This document shows, one piece after another, positions 1 through 8,564 of a stretch of DNA of 64,000 bases. The DNA lies in the IMG/VR virus record IMGVR_UViG_3300046501_000132, positions 96,001 to 160,000 of that record, one strand, 5' to 3'. Position 1 is the first letter of the stretch; the number at the start of each line of letters is the position of its first letter. The notes below the pieces were generated by a model. It had not been told where the DNA came from. It worked only from the letters and a program-made list of their open reading frames with translations, and made no database searches. The position numbers were made by a program, and so were the translations under genes. The DNA is from a virus.

Positions 1-1
1 T

Positions 2-292
2 CAGTTGGAATGGCTGGTTGTAAAGATCAACTTCATCCGCTGGTGGAACCAACAGTCTCAGGCTCTGGTTAAGATGTCTAAAGATCGTTTGATCTCCGAG
101 ATCAAGTTGGCTGTGACTCAGAATGATGAATATATCAGTCGTTTGCTCGCAATTCGGATTAGCAACCTTGGAATCGAGGAAGTCACCGAACTGGAGAAGG
201 AAATTCAGACGATTGAAAAGCAAAAGACTGATCTGGAAAATACGACGAACAAGAAGATGATGTCGTCAGAAGTTAAAGCGCTGAAACTCTGA
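2..292 (+). CDS. DNA topoisomerase II medium subunit (gp52-like), C-terminal part; 5'-truncated by the window
   Basis: C-terminal 'RLLAIRISNLGIEEVTELEKEI' resembles the end of GyrA/gp52-type subunits; lies upstream of the clamp genes. Confidence 0.6.
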   Translation, partial: QLEWLVVKINFIRWWNQQSQALVKMSKDRLISEIKLAVTQNDEYISRLLAIRISNLGIEEVTELEKEIQTIEKQKTDLENTTNKKMMSSEVKALKL

Positions 293-299
293 CTCTCAT

Positions 300-328
300 T
301 TTACCTAACGCATAGTAGGCGATATAAT
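300..328 (+). promoter_or_regulatory. early-type promoter TTTACC-N17-TATAAT
   Basis: Matches the motif repeated about 20 times in this window; upstream of 355/gp45. Confidence 0.75.
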
Positions 329-354
329 ATCCCTACTATGTAAAGGAAACGAAG

Positions 355-564
355 ATGCCTCATTTCGCAGTTGAATTCCCGTCGAAGCCCAACACTAAGT
401 TGGTTTCTGTATCGCAGAACGAGGAAGGCGATCTTGTGATTCGCCGGTATCAAGGTAGTAAGAATATGGGGGAAGCAGTTGTTGCACTTGGCTCTGACCC
501 CGAAGTAGACCTGGATGGTAATGCTGTCCGGGAGTTGATTGAGAATTATCGAACCCTTCAATAA
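355..564 (+). CDS. hypothetical protein (69 aa)
   Basis: AAGGA SD, downstream of promoter, packs against gp45. Confidence 0.7.
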   Translation: MPHFAVEFPSKPNTKLVSVSQNEEGDLVIRRYQGSKNMGEAVVALGSDPEVDLDGNAVRELIENYRTLQ

Positions 565-570
565 GGAAAC

Positions 571-1257
571 ATGAGCAGCAAGGTAGTAAAACTGTCGCAG
601 GATACCCTGCAAGTGCTGAAGATTGCACATACCATTAATAAGTCCCTAGTCTTTAAGGCGGGCAACGAAATCAAGACCGTATCGGCTACCGGCGCAATCG
701 TTATGGAAGCGACTGTTGCTGAAACTTTCCCGGCTGATTTTGCGATTTACGAGTTGAATAAGCTGCTTGGTGTTCTAGCCCTGCCAGCGTTCAAGGATGC
801 GGAACTGGTCTTCGAAGATGGCGTTGATACGCATATGACGATCAAGGCCGGTGACTCCAAGATCAAATACTTCTACACCTCCGAAGACTTTGCTCAGCAC
901 CCCGGCCGCACCATCGTGCTCCCGAAGGTGGATGTGGAAGCGAATGTGAACCGCGATACGCTGGAAGGCTTCGAAAAGGCCGCTGCGGCTCTTGGTCACA
1001 AGGTGATGAAGTTCCAGGTGAAGGACAAGGTTCTATCTCTGATCGCTACGACTCCGGAAATCGACACCTCCAACGATTATGTCGTTGAACTGGGTGAATC
1101 GGATAGCGACGATTACGAGGCGCTGATCAAGCTGGAAAACCTGAAGTTGGTTCCAGGCGATTTCAAGGTCACGCTTCTGAAGATGAACGGTCGCGGTATC
1201 TCCCGTTGGGAACACCAGCAACGCAAGATTAATACTTTCATTGGGCTGGAACTGTAA
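571..1257 (+). CDS. gp45: sliding clamp (T4 gp45-like)
   Basis: 'KLSQDTLQVLK...INKSLVFKAGN...FAIYELNKLL' gp45 signature; 228 aa; precedes 44/62/regA. Confidence 0.93.
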   Translation: MSSKVVKLSQDTLQVLKIAHTINKSLVFKAGNEIKTVSATGAIVMEATVAETFPADFAIYELNKLLGVLALPAFKDAELVFEDGVDTHMTIKAGDSKIKYFYTSEDFAQHPGRTIVLPKVDVEANVNRDTLEGFEKAAAALGHKVMKFQVKDKVLSLIATTPEIDTSNDYVVELGESDSDDYEALIKLENLKLVPGDFKVTLLKMNGRGISRWEHQQRKINTFIGLEL

Positions 1258-1291
1258 GTAACTCCGGGGCTTCGCGGCCCCGCTCTATATC

Positions 1292-1465
1292 ATGAACCTG
1301 AAGTACGCAGTTTTGAACGTTACCCGTAACACTTTTGTTCCGCTGGACAACATCGACTACTTGCATACTTCAGACTTCGAAACCGCCAACGCGGTTTTCG
1401 AGGATTTGGTAGTAAGACGCAAGTCCGAAGAATTCCGCTTGGTTAAGGTAGAAACCCTGCATTAA
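1292..1465 (+). CDS. small hypothetical protein (57 aa)
   Basis: ATG-TAA frame filling the gap between gp45 and gp44 (MNLKYAVLNVTRN...). Confidence 0.45.
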   Translation: MNLKYAVLNVTRNTFVPLDNIDYLHTSDFETANAVFEDLVVRRKSEEFRLVKVETLH

Positions 1466-1480
1466 CCGGAACCCTATATA

Positions 1481-2437
1481 ATGAGTCAAGCATACATCTG
1501 GGCTGAAGTCTTCCGCCCCTCCAATCTGGATGAAGTCATCATCCCGGATTCGGTCAAAACTCAATTCCTAAAATTCATTGAAGATGGCCAACTGCCGAAT
1601 CTTCTTCTGACGTCTGCGTCTCCTGGTACGGGTAAGACGACTACTGCCCGTGCCCTGTGTAACGCAATCGGCGTCAAGCCCCTGTTTATCAACGCCTCAC
1701 TCAATAATAGTATTGACGACATCCGGATGATCGTGATGCAATACGCAACGACTTCTGCGGTGTCGATGTTCGGTGATGAGAAGGCAAACCACAAGGTTGT
1801 GATTTTCGATGAGGCTGACCGCCTCTCCGCTAACGCGATGGATGCGCTGAAGGGGATTATCGAAGAAACGCACAAGAACTGCCGCTTCATTCTGACGGCG
1901 AACAACAAGAACAAAATCATTGCACCGCTGCAGTCGCGGTTGACTAATATCGAGTTCCGGTTCACCAAGTCTGATTCGGATAAGATGATGGCGAAGATGC
2001 TGAAGCGCGTCTTTGACATTCTGGAACAGACGCAGACGAAATATAATAAGGCCGCCGTGGCCGGTATCGTCAAGACGTTCTTCCCGGACAACCGTGGTCT
2101 TCTGACGTTCCTTCAGATGGAAGCCCAACTGGGTGAGATCAACGAGGGTTCGCTGGCTAAGGCGGCATCCGCCAGCCCGGAGACTCTGATTGAGTCGATG
2201 AAGGCTAAGAAGTACAAGGAAGTCCAAGCTTGGGTGCTTGGTAACGCCGACCGTCTGGGTGAAGACTTCTATGAGAAGTTGTTCAAGGTTCTTGAACCGC
2301 AGATCACCGATCAATCTCTACCTCAGTTGGTTCTGATTCTCGGAGAAGCCCAGAAGTATGATAGCGTGGTTGCAAGTCGCTTTCTGCACTTCTTCGCGGT
2401 GGCGACTGAGGTGATGATGCAGGTGCAGTTCAAATGA
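1481..2437 (+). CDS. gp44: clamp loader ATPase subunit (gp44)
   Basis: 'W.E.FRP', Walker A SPGTGKTT, Walker B DEAD, 'PLQSR' RFC-family motifs. Confidence 0.95.
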   Translation: MSQAYIWAEVFRPSNLDEVIIPDSVKTQFLKFIEDGQLPNLLLTSASPGTGKTTTARALCNAIGVKPLFINASLNNSIDDIRMIVMQYATTSAVSMFGDEKANHKVVIFDEADRLSANAMDALKGIIEETHKNCRFILTANNKNKIIAPLQSRLTNIEFRFTKSDSDKMMAKMLKRVFDILEQTQTKYNKAAVAGIVKTFFPDNRGLLTFLQMEAQLGEINEGSLAKAASASPETLIESMKAKKYKEVQAWVLGNADRLGEDFYEKLFKVLEPQITDQSLPQLVLILGEAQKYDSVVASRFLHFFAVATEVMMQVQFK

Positions 2438-2453
2438 TCTGGGATATTCTGAA

Positions 2454-2879
2454 GTGGTATTGGAGGAAATAATGCCGGGATTATTTGAGTGGTTGGACGG
2501 TATTAATACCAAGACAAATCTAGAGCTTGATGAAGACGATCCTTACAAGGATTATGTTCCTTTCCAGATTAACAATGGTATGGCGCAATTCCTGGATACG
2601 GTTCTACTAGCGAACGAAATGAATAAGCGTCCTTGGTTGACTAAGGAAATGCAGTTCAAGTTCTATCATGGAGCCGTGACCAAGAAGAAACGAATGGGGA
2701 AGTGGGCGAAGGTTGAGGAGGTAAACAAGGATGACGTTGAAGTTGTTGCTACCCACTACGGAATCAATCATCAGACAGCCTCTGTATACCTGAAATTGAT
2801 GAAGCCTGAGGAATTCACCGCGCTGAAGAAAGCCGGTGATACCGGAGGGGCGGAAGCGAAGCGAGGAAGGAAGAAATAA
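2454..2879 (+). CDS. gp62: clamp loader small subunit (gp62)
   Basis: 'YVPFQIN...D.VLLANEMN...KKKR..KWAK' gp62 signature; synteny. Confidence 0.9.
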   Translation: MVLEEIMPGLFEWLDGINTKTNLELDEDDPYKDYVPFQINNGMAQFLDTVLLANEMNKRPWLTKEMQFKFYHGAVTKKKRMGKWAKVEEVNKDDVEVVATHYGINHQTASVYLKLMKPEEFTALKKAGDTGGAEAKRGRKK

Positions 2880-2900
2880 TGGGTATGAGCAGGAAGTAAG

Positions 2901-3353
2901 ATGTCGGCAGTAGCAATAGTAGGCTCGAATGCAAAAGGGGATCAAGTGATCCCCTTTTTGGTTGAGGTAGAGTTAGTAAGTGCTAACTTCTTAGCGGTGA
3001 AGGAATCGCTTGAGAGGATTGGCCTGCCTGGGAAGCCGAATGATATTGACGGATTCCCGACTCTACATCAAACCTGTCATATTCTATACAAGCGAGGTCG
3101 ATACTATATCTGCCACTATAAGCATCTATTCGCCCTAGATGGAAAGGATACGACGCTGAGTAGGGCGGATATTGCTAGACAGAATACAATCATTGCCCTA
3201 CTAGAAGAATGGGGATTGATTCGTGTGGTAAGTCCGATGATGATTCAGAAACCGACTTGTTCATTGAGGACTTTGAAGGTAGTTAAACACAAGGAAAGGC
3301 ATGAATGGAAATTTGTTAGCCGATATGATCTTGGATCCCAGCGAAACGTATAA
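2901..3353 (+). CDS. regA: translational repressor RegA
   Basis: 'FL.VKESLERIG...LHQTCHIL.KRGRYYI.HYK.LFALDG' RegA signature; synteny 45-44-62-regA. Confidence 0.93.
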   Translation: MSAVAIVGSNAKGDQVIPFLVEVELVSANFLAVKESLERIGLPGKPNDIDGFPTLHQTCHILYKRGRYYICHYKHLFALDGKDTTLSRADIARQNTIIALLEEWGLIRVVSPMMIQKPTCSLRTLKVVKHKERHEWKFVSRYDLGSQRNV

Positions 3354-3657
3354 CAAGATCAAGAGGTATGATGGAGATTTGTCGGATGGCGAAATTCGAG
3401 CGGAAGGTTATAAGTGGTCTGTTTGTCCAAATACGTTTGAATTCGACCAAGGCGACTTTGTGGACTTCTGTCGTGCACTAATTATGAAGCACGAACAGAA
3501 GCGCGGTGAGGTTGTAATCACTTCGACTCGCAGTGGTGAGCCGCTGGTTGTGACTCGCCAGAATGAGGAAGGGCAGATTGTGAAGGTTATTTGGGAGAAG
3601 AACCACCCGCAACCTTCACTGTTGGATAGAGTAAGGAGCAACTATGACTACGAGTAA
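3325..3657 (+). CDS. hypothetical protein
   Basis: ORF packs between regA and 3644; start uncertain (3301 or 3325). Confidence 0.6.
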   Translation: MILDPSETYNKIKRYDGDLSDGEIRAEGYKWSVCPNTFEFDQGDFVDFCRALIMKHEQKRGEVVITSTRSGEPLVVTRQNEEGQIVKVIWEKNHPQPSLLDRVRSNYDYE

Positions 3658-3961
3658 TAAGCTAACCGCCGCTCAAGAAGAACGGCTGACGTTGCTGATT
3701 GAGGAATGTTCTGAAGTGATTAAATGCGCAACGAAGGTGCTGCGCTTTGGTTATGATTCGATCAATCCTTATGCGCCACAGGATGGGACAAATCTGAATC
3801 AGCTACAGCTTGAACTGGGCGATCTATTCGCTATCAAGCGTCTGATGGCCAATAATGAAGATATTGATGTAAAGGCAATTGCTGGACGAGCAGTTTCCAA
3901 ATATAATAAACTACATACGTATCTACGTCAACAACACAACTTTGAAGGAAGCGATAAGTAA
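3644..3961 (+). CDS. MazG-like all-alpha NTP pyrophosphatase
   Basis: 'LIEECSEVIK...ELGDL' EExxE...ExxD motif. Confidence 0.7.
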   Translation: MTTSNKLTAAQEERLTLLIEECSEVIKCATKVLRFGYDSINPYAPQDGTNLNQLQLELGDLFAIKRLMANNEDIDVKAIAGRAVSKYNKLHTYLRQQHNFEGSDK

Positions 3962-4512
3962 TGATCAGTATGTTTCAAGCAGTAAGCGATTTGAATGTAG
4001 CCTATGGTAATTCTAAGGGCGATCCGACTAATCCGGATTGGGCGCGACTGGAGAGTCAAGCCAAGAATATTCTGGACGAATACAACGAACTGATGGATGA
4101 TGGTATCTCGGTCAAGAATATCACTGAGGTCCGTGATGCCATCTGCGACATTCTCGTATTCACTCTTGGTCTAGCGCATATGGCTGGTCTTCCGGTTGAA
4201 GAAGATATGGAAGCGGTGGATGCTTCGAATCGTACCAAGTTCTGCCGGAATAATGATGAGCTGGGTCAGACCGCTGCGAAGTATCGTGATCTGGGAGTTG
4301 AGGTCTACGTAGAAGGTTCGTTCCCTTCGATGCGGGTCAAATCTCTGAAAGATCAAGTTGGTTTAGATGGTAAGAACTATCCCGCTAACAAGATGCTGAA
4401 GTCTGTGGCATTTGTTGAGCCGATGCTCAAGCCTCTGGTTTCGTCGTTTGATCTCAACAAAGTCCTGGATGAAGTAGAAGCCGGGGCTGAGTTGCATCCT
4501 CTGGTGGTATGA
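3961..4512 (+). CDS. MazG/PRA-PH-like NTP pyrophosphohydrolase
   Basis: 'DEYNEL...EVRDAICDILVF...V..SNRTK' and 'K.LKS..F.EP' motifs. Confidence 0.75.
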   Translation: MISMFQAVSDLNVAYGNSKGDPTNPDWARLESQAKNILDEYNELMDDGISVKNITEVRDAICDILVFTLGLAHMAGLPVEEDMEAVDASNRTKFCRNNDELGQTAAKYRDLGVEVYVEGSFPSMRVKSLKDQVGLDGKNYPANKMLKSVAFVEPMLKPLVSSFDLNKVLDEVEAGAELHPLVV

Positions 4513-4625
4513 CGCGAATCGACCTTGATAAGAACAACCGAATGCTCCGCATCGGCTTCGGTAAGAATGAAGGTCGATGGTTCTTTCGCGTTGACCTTTG
4601 GTTCGTAGGTTTCCGACTGAGTTGA
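4509..4625 (+). CDS. small hypothetical protein (38 aa, MTRIDLDKNN...)
   Basis: ATGA overlap with the upstream stop and TGATG overlap with the downstream start. Confidence 0.6.
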   Translation: MTRIDLDKNNRMLRIGFGKNEGRWFFRVDLWFVGFRLS

Positions 4626-4894
4626 TGGCACCAGATAAAGGACTATCATCAAGTTTCCGTAGGAACGTTCCAGAAGACCGGAACAAGTCCTACGGCTGGA
4701 AGACTCCAGCAGAGCAGTGGCCTGGATTAGATTTCTCCTGGTATCGTCAGCAACAGGTGGGGGTGCCGCTGTTCTGGATGCCTGTGATGACAATTATTCC
4801 GACTTCAGTGGCCAGCGAGTTTATAGGCGTTCAACCTTTGGCGGAACCAATGGGTTTAATATTCTCAATGAGGATGAATTATGAAGACAAGTAA
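4625..4894 (+). CDS. small protein with a C-terminal major-capsid (gp23 Gol-region)-like segment
   Basis: 'IPTSVASEFIGVQPLAEPMGLIFSMRMNY' aligns without gaps to gp23 'IPNLIAFDICGVQPMNSPTGQVFALRAVY'; TGATG-coupled start. Confidence 0.7.
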   Translation: MAPDKGLSSSFRRNVPEDRNKSYGWKTPAEQWPGLDFSWYRQQQVGVPLFWMPVMTIIPTSVASEFIGVQPLAEPMGLIFSMRMNYEDK

Positions 4895-5405
4895 GCAGTG
4901 GTGGCAAGAAACGAAGACTGATTCAGCAAAGTTGAATGCTTGGCTCCTGAAGCAATATACCGGTGAAGTGACAGCAGCGCAGCGTATCCTGGATTTGCGG
5001 GATAAATTCAAAGCGATAGGTAGTGATCACAAGATTCTGACCTTTATTGCAAACCAGGAACAGAAACACGCCATGTGGATTCTGGAACTGCTTCAGAATC
5101 GCGGTATTGAACCTGAGATCGGTGATCCTAATAAGAGATACTGGAAGGAAACTCTACAAGGCATCGAAGACCTGGAAACTGGTGCTGCGGTTGGCGCTCA
5201 CGCCGAAGCGATGCGGTTGGATCGGATTCGTGAGATTGCTTATGATGTAACAGCCCCTCATGATATTGTGACCAAGTTCAGCAAAATCCTAATTGATGAG
5301 ATTGGGCACGAGAAGATGTTTCGCAAGCTATCGTCGCCAGAAGCCTTGGAGGCGACGCGAGCGAATCATGAATCAGGAGCCGCTGCTTTGGGTCTGGTAT
5401 CCTAA
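4881..5405 (+). CDS. ferritin-like di-iron protein
   Basis: E...QEQKH...E...DEIGH paired ExxH motifs of four-helix ferritin-like fold. Confidence 0.75.
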   Translation: MKTSKQWWQETKTDSAKLNAWLLKQYTGEVTAAQRILDLRDKFKAIGSDHKILTFIANQEQKHAMWILELLQNRGIEPEIGDPNKRYWKETLQGIEDLETGAAVGAHAEAMRLDRIREIAYDVTAPHDIVTKFSKILIDEIGHEKMFRKLSSPEALEATRANHESGAAALGLVS

Positions 5406-5439
5406 ATAGTCCTATTAGACACTTATATAATAGGGCACC

Positions 5440-5892
5440 ATGAAACTCCCAGTACATCACTTTATTGATATTCAGAAGTATCAGAAAAACAACTTGATCC
5501 TTGCTCCCACCGGGCACTTGGGAGTTTCTCGGTCGGAAATGCCGCAGATTGATGGGAAGTATCGGGAGGATTTCATCAATTGGATTCGGAGTCAAGGGAT
5601 CAAAGTCCGTGATGTTCGAATTCCCGCCAAGTCGGTTAAGCTAGTGCAGGGCGAGTACAACCGGGATAAGGTCGGCGCAATTATCGACTCCGGGAATACG
5701 GAAGGATCACCGATCTTTGTTAGCAAGGACGGCTACGTGATTGATGGAAATCATCGGCTAATTGCTCATCTTAACCTACCCGGCGCGAGTCGGTATATTA
5801 GGGTGACGGAGCTAGGGCAGGACGCCAAGACGCTGCTGGATACGATTGCTGAATATCCTAATGTAAGGTATCGAAACTTAAACAATATCTGA
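5440..5892 (+). CDS. ParB/Srx-like N-terminal domain protein
   Basis: 'PIFVSKDGYVIDGNHR' ParBc motif; TAAATA late-type promoter at 5403. Confidence 0.75.
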   Translation: MKLPVHHFIDIQKYQKNNLILAPTGHLGVSRSEMPQIDGKYREDFINWIRSQGIKVRDVRIPAKSVKLVQGEYNRDKVGAIIDSGNTEGSPIFVSKDGYVIDGNHRLIAHLNLPGASRYIRVTELGQDAKTLLDTIAEYPNVRYRNLNNI

Positions 5893-5938
5893 TCATAAAA
5901 TATTCATAAGAAATTTCTTAGAAATTTCTAATAAACGC

Positions 5939-5967
5939 TTTACTTTCCTGAAACCTATATATATACT
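5939..5967 (+). promoter_or_regulatory. early-type promoter TTTACT-N17-TATACT
   Basis: Consensus match. Confidence 0.75.
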
Positions 5968-6090
5968 TCGTTCATAGGCGTTACGAAAGATAACGCTGAA
6001 GAGTACACGGGGAGTTGTTGATACGGGGAGTTCTCTGGCCGCAGCAAGGCCATTCTTGTAAACATAAGAAAACTGACAGAGGAAAGCACC

Positions 6091-6693
6091 ATGCAAGCAC
6101 AAGCTCAAACCATCAAGATGATCGCGTCGTTCAACCGTGGGATCTACGTCCCTCTGATCGGGCGGAACGAGCAGCCGGCCAACGTTCACAACTTCCTGAA
6201 GGAAAAGGGAGCGCGGCTGAGCCTGGACCACATCAAGGCGATGATGGAAGGCCGCGAGCAGACGTTCAAGGACTTCGAACTGCTCGAAGTCTCGGGACAT
6301 CACGGTGGTGTCCAACAAGTCGAACCCGAAGCGCCCCGGCGCGGGGTTCCGGGTCGTTTGGCCCAGGCTCAAAACACTCCGCAAAAGGCGGACCTGAGGT
6401 CTACCGCCCCTGCGGTGGCTCGTGGCCGTGGTCGGGAGTACCCGCCGAGCGGTGATGATATCAAGCCGCTGAAGCGCGGAACGGTCTATGCGAACCTCAT
6501 GGAAATGCTCTTGAAGGGCGCGACCATGAAGGAAATGCTGGAATCGACCACCAACGCGACGGCTGGCGGAGTCAATGATGTTCTGTCGTGGCAGGTCAAG
6601 CATCGGGGCTATGGTCTCCGCTTCGACCAAGAAACCGGCAAGTATCACCTCGTGCTGCCGAAGGGCCACAAGGGGCTGACGTACCAGGGCTAA
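6091..6693 (+). CDS. winged-HTH protein (DUF3489-like C-terminal domain)
   Basis: 'KRGT...L...L.KGAT.KE.....AGG...V..W..K..GY' also present in 61161..62150; GAGG SD. Confidence 0.6.
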   Translation: MQAQAQTIKMIASFNRGIYVPLIGRNEQPANVHNFLKEKGARLSLDHIKAMMEGREQTFKDFELLEVSGHHGGVQQVEPEAPRRGVPGRLAQAQNTPQKADLRSTAPAVARGRGREYPPSGDDIKPLKRGTVYANLMEMLLKGATMKEMLESTTNATAGGVNDVLSWQVKHRGYGLRFDQETGKYHLVLPKGHKGLTYQG

Positions 6694-6704
6694 CCAGCCA
6701 AATG

Positions 6705-6732
6705 AAAGGGCGACGCTTAGGCGTCGCTTTTT
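6705..6732 (+). terminator. intrinsic terminator
   Basis: GGCGACGC-ttag-GCGTCGCT hairpin followed by T-tract. Confidence 0.8.
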
Positions 6733-6747
6733 CTTTAGAGGCTGATC

Positions 6748-7074
6748 ATGAATCAACCCAGAAGTATTGAACAATACCTGTTATCAAAAGGGTGGGGAGA
6801 GTTTTTGCCCCACACGCGGGCGTTGTTCCTTGACGACGATATAGAGCGGGTAGGAGTATTTCTGGTCAGACGCACGGTCGTCTGGTTAGCAACAATAAAT
6901 AAGTTGATAAAGTTCTACGTGTGCTATAAAACGTACACCAAAGAACATCTGACTCTTGTTGACGGGCTAACGGGTGCTGAGATCGTGACGTTTCACTACA
7001 CGGTCGATACGCGGGAGATCAAGAATGTTATACTTGATTTCCTCTCCGACAACTGTCATGGAGTAGGGACGTGA
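6748..7074 (+). CDS. hypothetical protein
   Basis: GAGG SD; overlaps next ORF by GTGA. Confidence 0.6.
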   Translation: MNQPRSIEQYLLSKGWGEFLPHTRALFLDDDIERVGVFLVRRTVVWLATINKLIKFYVCYKTYTKEHLTLVDGLTGAEIVTFHYTVDTREIKNVILDFLSDNCHGVGT

Positions 7075-7271
7075 TTGTATATCATATAAATACACAATCT
7101 GTTCTTGAATTGGCGGAAATAATCGCCCGTATCAAGAAGCAGATCAACCCGCACAGTTGGTGTGTGACCAGAGACTGGGATAGTGACCAAAGCGATTCCG
7201 GTGTGCTCGCGTTCTTTGATCGCGAGGGACTGCGTATTGCTGAAATCCGAGAAGGAGAACGAAAACGCTAG
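7071..7271 (+). CDS. hypothetical protein
   Basis: Coupled start with GGAG SD. Confidence 0.55.
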   Translation: MIVYHINTQSVLELAEIIARIKKQINPHSWCVTRDWDSDQSDSGVLAFFDREGLRIAEIREGERKR

Positions 7272-7348
7272 TCAGGACTCACGCGCCACCAGTATTTGTT
7301 CTTAATGGGCGCGGGAAGGTTTCGCGCCCCTGATGAGTGGAGAAGTTC

Positions 7349-7936
7349 ATGAGTTCCTGGGTGGAAAATCAGCGTAAGGAGACGTTTCTGTTGTACCAGC
7401 GGTATCTAGGGTTAGTCCTGCATTTTCAGGACGGTTCTAGCTACGATTACACGCTATATAACGGAGGCACACGCGCTACCCTAGCGGCTTTCCTAAAGAA
7501 GCCAAAGACCGAGATAGCGAAGTTCATGCAGTTAAAGAACAAGCTGTCAGGAATCACGGCGGAAGAATTTCTGTTCGCCAATGCCCGATACGATAACCTT
7601 GAGATCAACAAGCTGTTACTACCGGACGCAATGCATAAGTATAGGGTGTGGAAACTACAGTATGGTGAGCCCGAATACTTCAAAGAAAGTGTCACCTTGC
7701 AGTTACAACACATGGTCAATACCCTCGGACCTAACACCGAGATAGCCGCCGTAGCAACTCGAATTCTTGATATGGGGAATGATCGCGGTTTGGAGCTGCT
7801 GGCTTGGCTCCTTCAAGAGAACCCGATCATCATCACCGACCTACGCCGCGAGGCGGAACAGAACGTCTTGAGAAAGATGTTACTGACGAAGGTCATCAAG
7901 GCCCAGAAGTTCTACAGTTACCTTTGTTTGATCTAA
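7349..7936 (+). CDS. gp59: helicase loader (gp59-like)
   Basis: 'Y..YL.L..HF....YDY..YNG' N-terminal gp59 pattern; about 200 aa; start 7337 or 7349. Confidence 0.7.
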   Translation: MSSWVENQRKETFLLYQRYLGLVLHFQDGSSYDYTLYNGGTRATLAAFLKKPKTEIAKFMQLKNKLSGITAEEFLFANARYDNLEINKLLLPDAMHKYRVWKLQYGEPEYFKESVTLQLQHMVNTLGPNTEIAAVATRILDMGNDRGLELLAWLLQENPIIITDLRREAEQNVLRKMLLTKVIKAQKFYSYLCLI

Positions 7937-7940
7937 AAGC

Positions 7941-7968
7941 AAAAGCCACCCCAACTGGGGTGGCTTTT
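7941..7968. terminator. bidirectional terminator
   Basis: AAAAGCCACCCC-aact-GGGGTGGCTTTT between convergent genes. Confidence 0.85.
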
Positions 7969-7974
7969 CGCGTC

Positions 7975-8496
7975 TTACGCTTTCGGAATAATCGAGACTG
8001 GCGGAGCCCAGTTAGAATCTCGATTTGTGATATCCACAAAGTCAAATCCTGTGTAGGCAAACGTCGCCGTGCAGCTTACGTCGGTGTCGCGTCCGTCCGT
8101 ATCTAGTTCTAGGCTAGACAGAGAAATCGGGAAAGCGTCATAAAATTCCACCTCAATCCCTTGGAATCGTTTATCGTTCCCCACAAAGTGGACGAAAACT
8201 GAAGTAGAATCCTCTATCCCTCGCTGGGTATTTGAGCGCATCCACTTGAACATCTTGACGTAATTCAGCAAATTCTCATCAATTAGAAATTCAACTTCCA
8301 GATTATCGAACTGTAGGTGGTCCCCTGAGGTCTGCATGACAAACTCTCTACGGTTTCCGATTGCGGTAACTCCTGCGTTCACTTCCGGTAGTTGGAACTT
8401 GGTCAGCTTGATCACCAGTTCCTCTTGACCTGGGATGAAGGCGATCCAGTTTGCACCGCCCATATTGTTTAGAGTAGGGGTGTTAATGTTAGCCAT
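7975..8496 (-). CDS. gp3: tail completion / tail-tube terminator (gp3-like)
   Basis: 'LP.V....GD...F..L.V.F.IDE.L.NY..M..WM...F..AFP..LS' tube-fold motif; TAAATA upstream. Confidence 0.8.
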   Translation of the reverse strand: MANINTPTLNNMGGANWIAFIPGQEELVIKLTKFQLPEVNAGVTAIGNRREFVMQTSGDHLQFDNLEVEFLIDENLLNYVKMFKWMRSNTQRGIEDSTSVFVHFVGNDKRFQGIEVEFYDAFPISLSSLELDTDGRDTDVSCTATFAYTGFDFVDITNRDSNWAPPVSIIPKA

Positions 8497-8535
8497 TTAT
8501 TGTTCCTATTACATACGGTTCTCATATGAACCATA

Positions 8536-8564
8536 TTTACTTTTTACATAGACGCATATATAAT
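8536..8564 (+). promoter_or_regulatory. early-type promoter TTTACT-N17-TATAAT, overlapping minus-strand TAAATA boxes at 8534 and 8564
   Basis: Direct sequence match. Confidence 0.75.

Noticed and set aside
4598-4624. ORF-track start 'MVRRFP' resembling Gol 'MVRRAIP'
   Set aside because: It uses a TTG inside the upstream 38-aa ORF with no SD; the coupled ATG at 4625 is the better start, so this resemblance is treated as chance. The C-terminal match does not depend on it.
5893-6774. 293-aa minus-strand ORF
   Set aside because: Runs across the promoter and terminator of 6091..6693; antisense shadow.
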